NCBI RefSeq assembly: GCF_006345805.1
Contig: NC_042998.1
Location: forward strand, 134,788,001 to 134,852,000
Length of the DNA stretch: 64,000 bases
Reading direction: 5' to 3'
DNA from: Octopus sinensis
Taxonomy: Eukaryota
The position numbers were made by a program, and so were the translations under genes. The notes under the pieces were generated by a model. The model was given only the letters and a program-made list of their open reading frames with translations. It did no database searches and was not told the DNA's origin. Shown piece after piece: positions 22,101-37,800 of the stretch; positions within the stretch are counted from its first letter, which is position 1; each line of letters begins with the position of its first letter.

Positions 22101-25100
22101 GAAGCCAGAAGGCTGCACCAGGCTCCGGTCTTATCTGGCAATGTTTCTACAACTGGATGCCCTTCCTAACGCCAACCACTCCATGAGTGTAGTGGGTGCT
22201 TTTTACGTGCCAGTCTTTTCTCATACCGTTCACTAAAAGCATAGAAAGGTTTTAGCTCATCACAAGTTTATAACGCATTCACTCATCATTTATACATTGA
22301 CTACTGTTTAAAGTGGCAAGCAGTAACTCCTTGTGGTTCCTGTTAACAAGTGTATGACTCTGCCATTGCGAGTTAAAAGTCTTTTGTTTATGAGTGTACA
22401 ACCCTGGTGATGGATGTATTACAGATGATCAATCATTCAGTCAGTATGTCATTGAGTTGTTGTTGCTTAAATCTAAGTCAGCCTTAACAAGCAAACATAT
22501 GATCAAAGGCATATCAGTTGTGCATATTTCATTTGTTATTTCTTTTTCAACTATCGTGTATTCCAAACAATATTATTTAGTGTCGCACCTTCTTGAATTT
22601 ACTGAGGCATGACTGCTACCTCTAGCACACTAAGTGAGCATGCAGAGGATCCTATATTGGTTTTGTTAGATGTCAAGTATAGTAGACTAATGAACTAATT
22701 ACTTACATTATTTGATTGGGTAATATTTCGTATCCAGGATATAGCAGTGAGTATGGGTGAGACATCACTGCTGTTGTCTTGCTGAAGAAGTAGATGTTCG
22801 AGAAGACTTGGAATGGTTAAAGCTGGATGTTCAGAAACTAAAAATAAAAGAACAAATGGTATGAATGTTCCAGTACTTGAGAATGTGGAGGATGTTATTT
22901 CTCACACATTTTTTACACAGAAAATCTATAAAGAATTTTTCTCTTCAATGAGTCCCACAGCAAATGTCTTCCACATTCTAGTATACAAAAGCATGATATA
23001 TATAAATGTGTACATAATTATATATTATATCTTTCAACCCAATATTTAAATAAAGCTTTATATCTACTTTGAGATCTAATTCCAAAAAGGAATTATTCCT
23101 CATTCCCTTGGAAGTTTATAAATTCTTATGGTGTCAGCAAAATATATATACATGTATCGTCATCATCATTTAATGTCCGTTTTCCATACCGGCATGGGTT
23201 GGATGGTTTGAGAGGAGCTGGTAAGGCTGGGGGCTGCAATAAGCTCCATTGTCTGTTCTGGCATTGTTTCTTCTGCTGGATGCTATACACACACACACAC
23301 ACATGCACACGCACATGTATGTATGTATGTATGTATGTATGTATGTATACCTGAATATTTTAATGTGTCTTTATTGAAAAATATTTGACAAAATTGGATG
23401 CTCAGAAAATGAAAACAAGAAAAAATTTAAAACTTGGGACATAAGATACATAAGTACATGTAACATTTAATTTCATGATGGAACACAACCACATGTTGAA
23501 ACACATTACATCTTTCAAAATAATCTCATATTAATTAAAATGTAGTACAGTTACCTTCCCTGCATACAACAGCTGTTCCTTTAGAACAAACCTGTAACTC
23601 GGTTTAAAAAGCATTGCCAAACAAAGAGGAATGAGGTTAGTATACTTTACTGAAAGTGCAATGTTTGTATGCATGTTTGACAAAGTGCAAATGTATTGAA
23701 AGAAAATATTTTCTTGCTTGAAAACAAGTGAGGGTTGGTGACAGGAAGAGCATTCAGCTGCAGAAAATTTGCCTCAGTAAACTCTGTCCAACCCATGCAA
23801 GCATGGAAAAGTGGATGTTAAAATGATGATGATGATGATGATGGATGAAACTTACTTACCAATGTTAGATGGGTTGAGTCTGTTCAAAACTATAACTGCA
23901 GACTCTTTCACTTGCATGTCATCTTCCTGCAGCAGATTTACTAAGATTCCCCAAAATGTATATTTCAGTTTACCTGTACATGAAAGAGCCAAAGTTCATT
24001 ATTTACATTATTTTACATTTGACGGATATTTGTCCCCATCTTGTTTGTTGTTTCTGCTGATATACCCTCCAGCCTTCATCGGCTTGATGGAGGCTGGAGG
24101 GTATATCAGCTGATACGTTGTGTTTACAACAAGCAAGATGAGGACAAATAGCCATCAAATGTAAATAATGTACATAATTCTTCATCTCTTAAATATAGAA
24201 CAGAGACAGACAAGTTATATGAAATTTATAAAATCTATTATATTCACATTTTTGACAATTCATAATAGACTGTATTATGAAGAAATAAATAGTTTTTAAT
24301 TTTGGCACAAGACCAGCAATTTTAGAGGAGGGAAGACAAGTCAATTACATTGACCCCAGTGCTCAACTAGAACTTATTTCCTCAACCCACAAAAAGACAT
24401 ATGGCAAAGTTGACCTCAGCAGAATTTGAACTCTGAATATAAAAAGCCAGAAGTATGAGGCTGTGCACTTTGATGCACTCATGATTCTGCCAACTTGCAA
24501 CATTTCAACAAGAATTATTTGATAACTGAATATACCAGTTCGTCTGTACTCAAATGGTTTAAAATAATCATTTTATGATGTGATAGCTTCAGTTTTACTA
24601 CGCTGTCGCAGATCAAATTACTAAACAAACAAAATATAACTCCAAAGTGTTTATAAAGCAAGATTTAACCAAGGGAAGCTTGATACCAATGTTCTGGGCC
24701 ACTGATTGTTTATAATCTTTCATGAAGCTTTTATATTACTCTTCTCGCATCATGAAGTCTAGATTAGTAAATATGTACTGCCTTGTCCTATCTTAGTGAC
24801 CTCATACCATCTCTACTCAAGATATCAATGTTTATCAAATATTTAAAACAATATAAGTTACAAGATATGTCTTGCGTAAAAGTGGTTCAAAACTATTGGT
24901 AATTCTACTAAGAACTAAATTTCATTTAAAATGTTATATTAAAAAAAAAAGGTCTCTGATAAATTTATATTTATTTCAAATAACTCTAGTCTACAGTTAC
25001 ATGGAACATACGACGGAAACCTAAGACAGAATACTTGATGAAAATTGAACCTGTATATCTGAGGAAGCTGAAAGTCCAAAAACACCTACAATCGAGAATC

Positions 25101-28100
25101 AAGTCCACATAGCTATCACATTTTGGACAAGACACTGCCCAAGACCATCCTGACAGAAAGTGGGGAGGGGAAGAGAACAAGAGGTCATTAAAGACGTTTG
25201 TGGACTGACAACAAAAGAACGGAGGAGAAGAAGCAGCAGCTTGCTTGACCGCATGCAACATAACACAGACACAGAGGTACCTGGAAAGTCTTGACAAGTC
25301 AAGCCCTGGACACAGAGAGGGCATCTGGCTGATGATACTAGAATGCCTCAGTACAACAATGCTACAAGCATTATATGTTGCTTACATCTATATCAAAGTT
25401 TACTTTAAAACTATAAAAATATATTTTTCATTCATATTTACAAAAATAACATATAAGACAAAATTGCAAAATACCTGAAAATCAACTTGTTGACCAGATA
25501 AGTAGTTGATTTGTTATTTTATAGACAAACAAGCAATAATCCTACCTAATACTTTATCAGGGTCCTTGAGAAGTAAAATTGCATTTTTATGCAGAAACCG
25601 GGTACATGCTAGTTGAAGACTTGCACTTTGTTCTGTAGCACTGCATAGTGTTAATACTGCACACCAACGCTCCAATAAAGATGTTTCTTCTGATAACTGT
25701 TATAAAATAGAGAGAAAGTAAAACCTATAAAAATTCAGGCATTGCTTTCAGTAAAGAAATGGTTCTGAAATACAACAAAAATATAAATATCCATCCATCT
25801 ATTTTTTCCATTCACTATTTCTGGGAGAGTTGTGGAGGTACAGCCCTCAGGCACTTTTGCCATAGGGTCCTATCAGAAACAACAGTCATTACACTTTCTA
25901 GCTGGATTCCCAGGTGTGATCAGCTGAGACTATAGGTATTATCCAACCATCTTAAAGAAATAAATTACCTCATTATAAGGCAAGGAATACATAATTGGCT
26001 GATTTTTTAAAGGTTTGATTAGTAGGTTGGATCTAAAACCCATAACCTGTACATGTCCTTCAAGACTGGTGAGATCAACATGGTTGTAGCTCCTTTCCCT
26101 TGAAGAGCTGCAGGAAAAAACATGAACACTGTACAGTGGTAGAAAAGGTAGAGTGAGGAGACAGTATGCTTGTGGGCCAGAGGTAGGAGTATGTTGAGTG
26201 ATTTCATGCCTAACAGTTAGGCAGTTTGTTTTCGTTTTTGGTAGTTCAGATATCTCTGGCAATAGTATGAAAGAGTACAGTTGTGAACACAAGTGGCTGA
26301 AATGGGATTCATACAAAGGGTCTCTGAAGAACATTATTTGACATGTTACATGGCTCAGAGATGAGGGTAATCTCTCCAGGTCATGTGGTGACTTATCCAC
26401 ATTGAGAAGTCACAATTCTGATGTATGGACATGAGATGAGAATATTGCAGGAAAGAATCACAAGATAGATTCTTCCAGTTGAGCCATCCAACAAACACTA
26501 AGAGGTAAACCAAGAAAGTGAAGGTTGGAAAATATATATAGTTTCAGTTGGTCATGTTAGGGAATCCAGCTGAGAAGTCTAATGATTGTTACTTCTAATA
26601 TTACCCTATAGAGGAGGTGCCTTGGGACTCTACTCCCACAATATTTCCAGGAATAGTGAGCAGAGAAGATGGATGGATAGTACAGTGGTGTTAGAGTGTC
26701 ATGGTGTTACTACTTGGAACAAGAGAAAGATTACTTGAGAACCAATAACACATTTATTATTTGCTATGTTCTGAGTTCAAATTCCACCAAGGTCGACTTT
26801 GCCTCTCGTCCTTTCGGGGTCGATAGATTAAGTACCAGTGAAACACTGGGGTCGATGTAATCGACTTGTCTCGTCCCCAACAATTTCAGGCCTTGTGCCT
26901 ATAGTAGAAAAGATTATTACATCTTTAGGTATCTTTACATTTGTAAGGACTTCCAAATGAGAGCAGCTTTGTCTTGTATTTCATAAAGAATATTGAACAA
27001 AGGAGGATATTTGATTATCATTAATTTCAGTAAAGGGAACTCATCTTAGAGAGCAGTAATTCTGAATAAATTGAAACAGAGTAAATAAGAATCTTAGTCC
27101 TGCTGTAGACACTCTATCTCTTGTACTGGTGACATAATCAAATATATCCAGCCCATGCTGTAAAATGGCTGGTGATAGGAAGATGGGCAAAAAAAGTCTA
27201 TAACATACACCACATGGATTGAAGCTTTGTTTCTGTTGTGTGTACTAGTAGACAAAGAACCAGGACAAGCAGCATGATGGTGTTGTGGAACAGAACCATC
27301 CAACCTATTCCAGCATGGTAAAACAGACATAATATGATGATAATGATAACAGAGGAAAATTTATAAGCTTTGTCGTATAATTTGCACCAAATATATTTTA
27401 AAATAAATATGATTCAAATGTGGGTAGACATAGACATCTTCTTGGGCCTCTCAGCCTTGACCCAGGGAAACATTGAAGATGAGGGAAGCATTGAGGTTGA
27501 GGAAAACATTGAGGATGGAGGAAGCATTGAGAATGTGACAGTTGGTGGAAGAGAGGCTACATCAGCACTCAGCTGATACTCATTCTTTTTCAGCTGAGTA
27601 GACTGGTGCAATATATGATGTGTCTTGCTCAAGGACATAATGTGCTATCCAGTCGAAGAATCAAACCTACTAACCTCCTGATCATGAACCCAAAACCCTC
27701 ACCACTATGCCATGTGAACCGCTTCACATTTTGGAAATATAAGAGAAAATAATTGCACAATAACTTCACAAAAATAAAAGAGAAAAAATACAAAATTGTT
27801 GTAGAAATGATAATATAGAAGTATTAAAAATTTTACATCAGTATATGAACAGAAAATATTTGCATATGGAAAAACAGTAACCCATTTTTGTTGTTTTTTA
27901 ATGGTTTACTCGAAGAAGGAAGAGCTGTGTCTAAAATTGTTTTCATGACCTCCACCATGGACTAAATGCTTTCAACACAAGGAACTCCACTAAATACATC
28001 CAAGGGCCAGGTAGTGATGCTAAAGCAGGTAACAAATTAAGTCTGCTATACAAAAATGAGCCCAGTTCATTCAATAGGCTTCTTCAGTTTCTGTCAAAAA

Positions 28101-31100
28101 ACTGACAGTACTATAAGTAAATCAGACTGGATATCTTGTGGTAATTAATCCAGCTCTTTGCATTCTGAGTTAAAATCTTGTCATGGCTGACAAGGGAGGT
28201 AGGCTTAACTTGTAACCAGATTTGACACAACCACCTGGCACCTTGGTTGACATTAGCAAAATCCACTTTGTTCAAAACATTTGGGGTAGACTTCCAGTTT
28301 GAGGATATGTCCTCCTTCCATCCTTCCCATCACTTTCAGAGGTCCTGGAACAGGACCTCAGAGGTCTCACATGATATATAAAGATTAAAAATAAAATGGT
28401 TTCAAGAAATTTTGATTAAGTTATTTGTGAGGCTCTTAATTTTAGTACCTCAGACAATTGTCTAGTGTGTAGTGCTGGCCTTGTTTGCAAGACATTTATT
28501 TAGGAAACTGAGAATTGAGTTACTTGTGGCTTTTAATTTGCATCATGTAATAATGAACATAGGAAATATTAAGGGGTTTGCTTGAGTTGGAGTGGAATTT
28601 TACTTTGAAAATAGAAAGAAGAAATAAATGTTTTCACCTCATAGTAGACTCTTGGAAAAAGTTCAGCAGAAAACGTGACGGCACATTCTTGGATTTCTTG
28701 CCTAGAATAGCATTAAAGACTATCAGAATAAACAATTAACAAACAATCAAAATTATTTTATCTCTTCCACATATTTCAAGCAAATTTAATACTTGGTAAC
28801 ACACATATTTGAGTTTTCTTGTATCACAGACTTGCTGATCCATCTCCTCCTCCTACTACTACTACCATCACTATCACCATCATCATTACTACTACCAATC
28901 ACAAGCCAACAAGAGAGGCCTCTTCATGGTTGTTCAAGTTGTTAGCAATAGCAGTCAAATCTCCACCCTAGCCTAACCCTTTCCCTTGTACCGTCTTTCC
29001 AATTAGTAACTACTCTGGTACTCTATTACTCTCCCTACTACCACTCTATTGCAACTATAAACCTGTTCTTCTCAACTTACCATCCTTCATTCCTCAGCCT
29101 AGAATCTTCATCCACTCTGTCACTTCTATTCTCCCTCAATTACAGGAGCTACTTTGGGCCCTTACCTTTGCAAGTTATGAGACATTCTTCACTTGGTGCT
29201 GGCACCACAACAAAGGTACCTAATGCACTTTATAAACTGGTTGGCATTAGGAAGGCCTAGAAGCCTTAAAAACCCATGCCAAAGCAGACATTGGAGTATG
29301 ATACAATCATCCAACTCATAAGACCCTGTCAAACTGTCTAACTTACAACAGCAGAGATTTGGACATTAAATGATAACAATGACGATGACTATCAAGTAGT
29401 GAGCAAATTCAATACTGTCTGCTAAACAGTGGAACTAAGCTAGTAGCAGCTGCTTAAGGGACAAATACCCTTAACTTCATCAACATCATCATCATCATCA
29501 TCATTATCGTTTAACATCTGCTTTCCATGCTAGCATGGGTTGGATGATTTGACTAGGGACTGGCAAACCAGATGGCTGCACCAGGCTCCAATCTGATCTG
29601 GCAGAGTTTCTACACTGGATGCCCTTCCTAATGCCAACCACTCCAAGAGTGTAGCGGATGCTTTTAAAGTGCCACCGGTACGAGGGCCAGTCTGGTGGTA
29701 CTGGCAACGGCCATGCTCGTAAATGGTGTTTTTTACAAGCCACCTGTACAAGAGTCAGTCCAGCAGCACTGGTAACGACCTCGCTCAAATGTTTTGTTCA
29801 CGTGCCAGTGCGGCAACGCTGACAACGATCACTAATCCAACTAGTTGCAATAGAATGAACTTCTCTAAAGGTAACAAGGGCTCAGGTTATGGTGTTAAAC
29901 TGATGAATGTGTCAGAACTATCACCTTTCAAAATTTATAAACTAGATTATAAATGAGGCCAAAGTCATGACTTAAAATCTATGAAGTCACTGAAAGATGA
30001 TATTTCTATGTAAATTATACTACTGATTTAGTGATTCAGTAGAAATCTAAACTGAAACATAGGAGTTCACAAAAAGAGGATTAATCAACTTACCCTTGGT
30101 ACTGCTCAAGTAGATCTACTATGTGATATGATAGCTGAAAGCAATAACAACAACAGTTAATAAATATCATCTATGATTTTACACACACACACACACACAC
30201 ACAACTGTATCTTTTTCTTTAATCTTTTTACTTGTATCTTGTATCAGTCATTAGACTGTGGCAATGCTGAGCCACATACTTGAAAAAAATTGATTTCAAT
30301 ATTTATTTTTCAGTTTTAGTACTTATTTTATCAGTCTCTTTTTTGTTGAATCGCTAAGTTATGTGGATGTCAACAAACTAACACTGGCTGTCAAGTAGTG
30401 AGGAAAGACAAACACAAACACATACACAAACCCCTAAGAATACAACCTCATACTACCATCAATATAATTTTGTCTCCAGAAACAAATTTATCTGATTCAG
30501 AATGTTCAGTTTCACTACACTGAAACTTCTCTCATATATTGAAGAGTTGCTTTCCTTGAGTTACCTTTATTTGATACATTAAATATGAAATGCTCATCTC
30601 AGCTTGTGAAGTATTTTTATGATTTACTTATAATAAAAGTATACACAACAACAAAAATTTATTGTAACTGATTTACTGTACTGAAACATTGTATTTTATT
30701 AGTCCACCCATCTTCCTACTCCTCACCGAAAGCTTTGCGACTTCAAGTCATTCTCTTTCCTTTTGCTCTAGCTCTCTCTATCACTATTTATTTCTCTTCT
30801 CTTTTTATCTTTTCTTTCTTATTGCTTCACTCTTTCTTTCTCTCTTGTCATGTGCTTTCTCTGTTTTTTCTATTTCTTTACCACTCTCATATTATCAAGA
30901 CCTCCTTTACTTTTCAACTTCTTTTCTCCCTCTAGAATTCAGTATATAGAGTCCTACACACCCTCGCCATAACATAATCACATGGTAATCCAGTTAAGAC
31001 AGACCTCACAACTCCATCTCAGAGCTCAAGATCCAACATTACCACCAAGGTTTGGGACTGCATACCACACCGCAATCATAGTTTACTTGGGGGCTAAACA

Positions 31101-31508
31101 ACAAACTTCAACAATTTCATTATAAATCTGCCAATAAATGAGTGTGTAAAAAATATTCATACCTTAGAAGCTTTCAATATATCCATCTGGGCTATGTGGC
31201 TTGCTATTGGTGGACAAGTAAAGAGCCGCAACACCTTAAGATTATATAAAAGGAAATTTTTTAATATTTTTGATTTGAAATTTTGATTTGATAAAATAGA
31301 AACATTGTTCAGATTTCAAATCAAAGTTTGGAGTTGAATTGCAAAGAAAAATTTTTTAATATAATTTTGAATTCCCAACAAAATTCAACAGAAACTGAAT
31401 TTTGAATCTGAGTGAATGAAAAAATTTTTTATATTTATCAAAATTTAATTTTATCTAAAATTTAGATATGAAGATATAAATTTTAAAGCTTTATCACTAA
31501 GTACAAAA

Positions 31509-31543
<35 letters not shown>

Positions 31544-31783
31544 AGATAACGCAAATTAAAACTCCTATTTCTTGATTGAGCATGCAGCAGCACTGTTGAC
31601 ATTCCCACCACCACCATCACAATCATCAAAAGTCAGTCTTTTCATGCGTGAATGGGTTAGTTGTAAAGCTGGGTATATACAAATATTTATACTTATTAAT
31701 AACTTTTCAGGCACAGTAAATATGATAGCTCAGACCAATTTACACCTCATTAATCAGAGTTTTATGAGAGCTAAGAAACTCAT

Positions 31784-31818
<35 letters not shown>

Positions 31819-34800
31819 ATGCATGTGTGTCTCCCCTTGTCTTGACATTACTCAATAGTTGTAAATGAGTGTCACCATCATACAAATAGTGTCCATTTAC
31901 TATCTTATACAAAAGCATGTCTGGCTATGGTGAAGCAATACCTTGCTTAGAAGCAAGCAAGGGCTGGTGACAGGCAGGGCATCCAGTTGTAGAAAAACCA
32001 GCCACAATTATCCACCCTTTCCTTTCCTCTTGATCCACAGTCTATATTCTCCCTTATACTCCACAGTCTATATTCTCCTTGCACCTTGAGTGTATGCTCT
32101 GGTACTTTGTTACCATCTTTATTGTCCTTCCAGTTACTCGGACCCACTTTGCACAGGGTGGCAAAGCCATGTATCTCTACTATGATAAAACATGAGTGCT
32201 TGTGCCTCTATCATACTTTAGCTTTCAACATTTGGCATAAAACCACCTCCCACTCAGTTGCGGGAGTTTTTTTTACTTTTCATTTTCTTGTCTTTCCTGC
32301 CCTGCAAGTTACTGAGCAACCTCACTAGTGTTGGTGTCATGAAAAAAGCACCTAGTATATACTGTAAAGTGGTGAATGTTAGAAAGGGCATTCGACCATA
32401 GAAACTATACCAAAGCTGGCATTAGGGCCTGATGCAGTTATACAGCTAACCAGACTCTGCCAGCATGGAAAACAGAGGTTTGATGATGATAATAAACAGT
32501 GAGATACACATTTTCAATATTTCATTTTTTTTTCACAATATTTTCTACGTTTGTGAAGAAAAACTAATACAATTGAAATCTTGAGATATTGAATAACTGA
32601 ACTTACTTCTGCCAGACACTGTGGGTGATCTTCTGAATAAATAAAAGCCAACAAGGAGTCTACAAGCTCGGTAGACTGGCAGACAAAGTCCAGCAAATGC
32701 TGAAATGATTCACTGTTATTTTCCAATTGATTCCTGAATGCACATTCCGTCTTTATCCAATGAAGAACTTCCAAGCGAATTTCATAGAGAGAAGAATTCA
32801 AGTAATCTATGAGAATTTGGCGCAAAGCTGGAAAGTCTTCACATTGTCTTTGAGTCTGTTTCAGTTTCCAGAGTTGGATTTTACATACTGTCACTAAATA
32901 TTGAGCCTGACCAGGAAACCAGAGAGGGGAAAGAAAGCTTAGTTTTTCATATTCTATATCACAAAGGTCCATGAGAGCAGAAACAAGGAGTGACTGGGAT
33001 GAAGAAGATTTTTGACAGGAGAAATCGTCTGAGACAAATGACATGGTGATGTCAAGAGCAACTTGTCGGATGATCAAACAAATTGAGGGCCTGAAGTGAG
33101 AAATAAGAAACAATGATTAGAAATTATCAGAAGACACTATTAAAAGCTACACACACTTACACAAATACAGAGGCATACAGACCACACACACAAATATGCA
33201 AACACATACACACACAGATATATACTATCATCCCACACTACACTCCACAACACTTCCCAACTGCACTCTTTTGTCATACCTAACACTACACCAGTGAAAG
33301 AGGAGCTTCTATGTGGTCACTTCACACACCAGAAGTAACAACCATAACTCCCTCAAACCACACCCTACATTATCTAGTGTCTTTAAAAAGGATAAACTGG
33401 GTAATGTACACTAATTCCTAAAAAACCAAAAGAGGTGATGGCCATGGATTGATTATCTTTGCTCATAGGCATGTTTGGTCAGGGTAAAGTTGGGATTAAA
33501 CAGCATCACACCACAATCACATTATGTTACCCATCTAAACTCCACCACCACAACACCTCTCCATGCTATATCACATAAACTCATGTTGAGTCACTCAATA
33601 TGTTAGCAATAACAGCCCAATCTCTCTCTCAAGTCACACTGAAAAGTCTTAAAAAATGAAGGATATGAGGATAATGTAGTCTGGATAAAACACATATAAA
33701 AGATTTGAAAATACTAGCAAACAAAATGCAAAAAATGACAACCCTTCCTCAAATAATATTTTATCACCTTAAAAACAGTATCACATTAGATAAGGTAGTC
33801 CTAAATACACTATATCTCAAAATAAATGGAGTGGTCATGGTTGGAACATCTATGATCAAAAGTCTACTTGCTCAGGGATGACCTGAAGCTTTGACAACAA
33901 TATAACCTTACTAAACCCACTAAAAAGCCTCAACACATTACTGAGGTTATAACTTGTTAAGTGTTAACATTGAAATACTCTTTTTCCTATGATGTTACAC
34001 TAATGATAATGAAAAAAACAAAATCCTTTCATCATCAATTTGTATCTGCTTTTCATGCTGGCATGAGTTGGACCATTCTGAAGTAGAACCAAAAGTAAAT
34101 GCAGATACACTTACTCTGAAAGAATCCACAATCTTTTATGGAAAGTTTCCATTACATCCTGAATAGCAGATTCTTGGTGGCATTGTAGCAGAGTTGGAAG
34201 GAGAAGAACCAATTGCTGTATCTGAAGAAATAAAGAATAAGTTTTGGAATCATATACTTGAAATGGACAAACAATTTCCAACATTTTAAAATTTACAAGG
34301 ACAGCAGTTAGATGGGCAGGGGTCAGATAGACATTTGTTTGTTATGTTATCAGATGGACAGGAGTCAGATAGACATGGATCAGATGGACGTTTCTTATAT
34401 AGGCAATGAATTACATCATCATCATTATCCTCATAATTTTATGTCCATTTTCCATGGATCTTCTCTTGCACAGTATCATCTTACTTGCTGTGGTCCTTTA
34501 TCATTTCCTTTGTGAGATTTAACAAATTCTGATCAGCCTTCAATACTTCTTACCATGTCTTCCTCTTATGCATGTTCCTTTCACTTAAATCATTTAGTTT
34601 CTTCATCAAATCCACATCCTCTATATACATAACATGTCCATTGAATCCACAGCCTCTATATACATAACAGATCTGTCTTCTCTTTTGCACTATTACAGCT
34701 AATTCTTCTTATATCTATTTTTTGTCTCCTGGTTCATTGTACTCCATTGCTTATGTACACTAACATTACACGTCCAGCCTAGCATGCTCACTTCTTTTCT

Positions 34801-37800
34801 TTCTGCTATAAATGGTTGGTTCTAATGCTGCACAAGGACAGTTACCACACTAAAAGAAGGAGAAGGAGCATTCAGAGATTTGTTGCCTTGTTAGAAACAA
34901 AGAGTTTCTCTCTCAGAATGAACAACAGATTATATGATGCTTATGAAAGAAAAAGTGCACTTTGAACGACAGTGTGATGTTGTATGGTGGTGCAATGCTA
35001 CAATCGTGCAGCATAGTGCTATGTTATATGATAGCATAATGCTACATAGTAGTGGGATGTAGGCCCTAAATGTAGAAGATATGCAAATGTTGGAAAGAAG
35101 TGAATTGAGCATACTACAATGGCTGTGTAAAGTTAACATGTGTAAATGGCAAAACATAAGCGAGCTGAGGGGAAAATGTAAAACTAGATGTAGTGTGCAA
35201 CAAAGAAGACTGCTTGTATGGACATTGTGATGCATGTAAAGGATGCAGTGGTGTATAGAAGTTATAAAAATTCAAGTGAATGGGAAGATAGAGGACTGGG
35301 GGAGACATATGAAGTATCAAAGGTTAATCTTAAGGGACTGAACTTCATGAATATTTTTTTACTTGCAGAATCTGGAAGAAGGAGCAGTGCCCATGTCCTT
35401 CACATGCTCTCTAAAACCAGTGAAACTGGTGTCATTAATGTTCCTCTTCAACCATTGCAAGTCAACTGTCAAATTGTTTCTATTCAATCCCCTCACCAAC
35501 AACTGTCATATAGCTGTCTACTACTTTCTTTCTCATACTTTCACTTTGGTTCTCTTCCTTTACTCTCACTTCTATCGCCTAAAAACATTAACTTCCCTTC
35601 TCAGCCCAAACAAACATAAAAAAAAAACACACACAAAAACAACTGCATCATCAATGTCTTTGCCTGACTGGCTCCAAACACTATGCTAGGATGCACACCA
35701 CCAACAATAAGGACAGAGAAACATCAACTGCTGCCATCACCAGAATGTGAGGGTGCGTAGTAAGAAAGTAGACTGTGAAGATACCTATACTGTCACTCTG
35801 CACCCATGCTAGCATGGAAAGCGGACGTTAAACGATGATGATGATGATGAATGCATGTACAAGTGTGCAGTACAGTCCTCAGCTAAGAGGAGACATGATT
35901 AACTGAAAAGAAAAATCAGTAAGTTGTGCCTCACTGTTTGGCTAATGGTTTAGATGCCCTAAGACTACTTAATCAGGGTTGATCTGAAGGCAGGGAGAAA
36001 AGAAACAACAACAACAATTCCAAACTAACAACAAACAAAATAAAAATCGTAAAATTACTTGAAGCAAGAGTCCATGTAAGAAATTCTGAGAAATTTCACT
36101 GGTTTTTTCAGGGGGAATATGTGAGAGAAGTTTATTTATAGTTAGTGCCAACTGATCTTTTGATACCAAAGGTTTTAAGGCTCTAGCAGCCATCTCTCTG
36201 GTTTTCATTATAGGACTGGCAGAACACCTGAAATATATAATCAGTCAATTAGTCATACATGGCATAACATTTATTACAGTTACATACATGGGGTATATTG
36301 CATAAAGTATTACTGTAGTATATACAGTATAAAGTTTAGCATAAAGTACACATATGAGACATATTCTAAAACCTTTATATTATACACATCTTAGCTATAT
36401 TTTAGACACTGATCCTTCTCCTCTAATTAATTTGTAAAAATAAATGTTTTCAGTGCTGGATATAAATCTTCCATCGATTCCTGAAATGAATTCTATTGAT
36501 AGGGTGCTACTGTTATTCCAAGACACACAAAAAAAATGTATCACAACAATTCCATTTTTGGAATTATGACAGGGAAGGCATATAATACCTGGTGTGTGTG
36601 TGTGTGCAAGCATATAGGTAATACATACCGGATTATATATGGAATGAAAGCATTTAAATTTAGTCCCATGTGTATTCCATCTAAAGTTGAAGGATAAAGA
36701 CGTCCAAGAACAAGAAGAACTGGGTATAGTGTAGGATTTATTGATACAGAACTCTTTTCTTCTCTGAAATAGGAAAAAAAAATATATACATTAGAGAATC
36801 TCCATAATGTAATGATTCTTTCCTACAAGAAGGTATTCAATAACAATTATGTCCCAACAATCTAGAATATTTTCTAATGGTAATATATTTTAATATTATT
36901 CAACAAGGATTTAAAAAGAGAATCAAAGTATATTAAACTGCCAAAACTAATAAAATGATAGAGATATGAGACTTACTGAAGCTGAGGGCTTGCTTTATCA
37001 ATTTGTTCCAACAGAAATTGATACAGACTTGGATAATGAGTGAAGAATGTGCGTCCAGTTTGACTGAAAAGATAAAAGAACAATTCTTGGAATTTAGAGA
37101 TTAAAATAAAAAAAAAAGTAGGCAATCCTACATTGGTAAAAACCCATACTGTAAGATTTATTAGAGTCAACAGACTGTATGACAAAAAAAGAGACAAACA
37201 AAATAATTAATGAATGCAAGGAGAATTTAGAGGAGAGTCTTAAGGTGACAGTGACTGACAACCAACATCCTAATGGTGATAGTAGCTGCTGAAGTCTGTT
37301 GTATTTACTCAAGTTGTTGGTGATTACCTATTAATGACAGGTAGCTTTTATAATGATGATGTAATAATTATTTGTTTTTTCTATTTAATATACAGATCAA
37401 GAACTTAATACAGTATGTAAGCAATACTACCACATATAAGAACCAATGAGGGAACCTCTACCTGGACAATTATTTTTTAATAAATATAGTTTCCACTTTC
37501 TAGTTTACTCACCAATTTTTACGTGGTAGATTTTTATCAAGCTTCGTACGATTAACACCAAAAATTCTAGTCATGAGGGAACTCAGTAAAAGTGTGGCAG
37601 AATTTGTTATCTGAAAATATCAAAAAAGAAAAAAAGAAAAGAAAAATGAAAATTAGTGAGGAAAATTAAAGAATGCAATGTAAATTCAATGCATTTGGTA
37701 ATTTAAAATCTAGAGATGTAGTTATGGCTGAGTGAGAAGCTGATGTAGCTGCACAGTTAAGAAGTTTTCTTCCCAACCACATAGTTCCAGGTTTGGTCCT

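Noticed and set aside
27463-27540. 18-bp x4 degenerate repeat translating as [21 protein letters not shown]
   Set aside because: Short, isolated minisatellite with no splice or ORF support.
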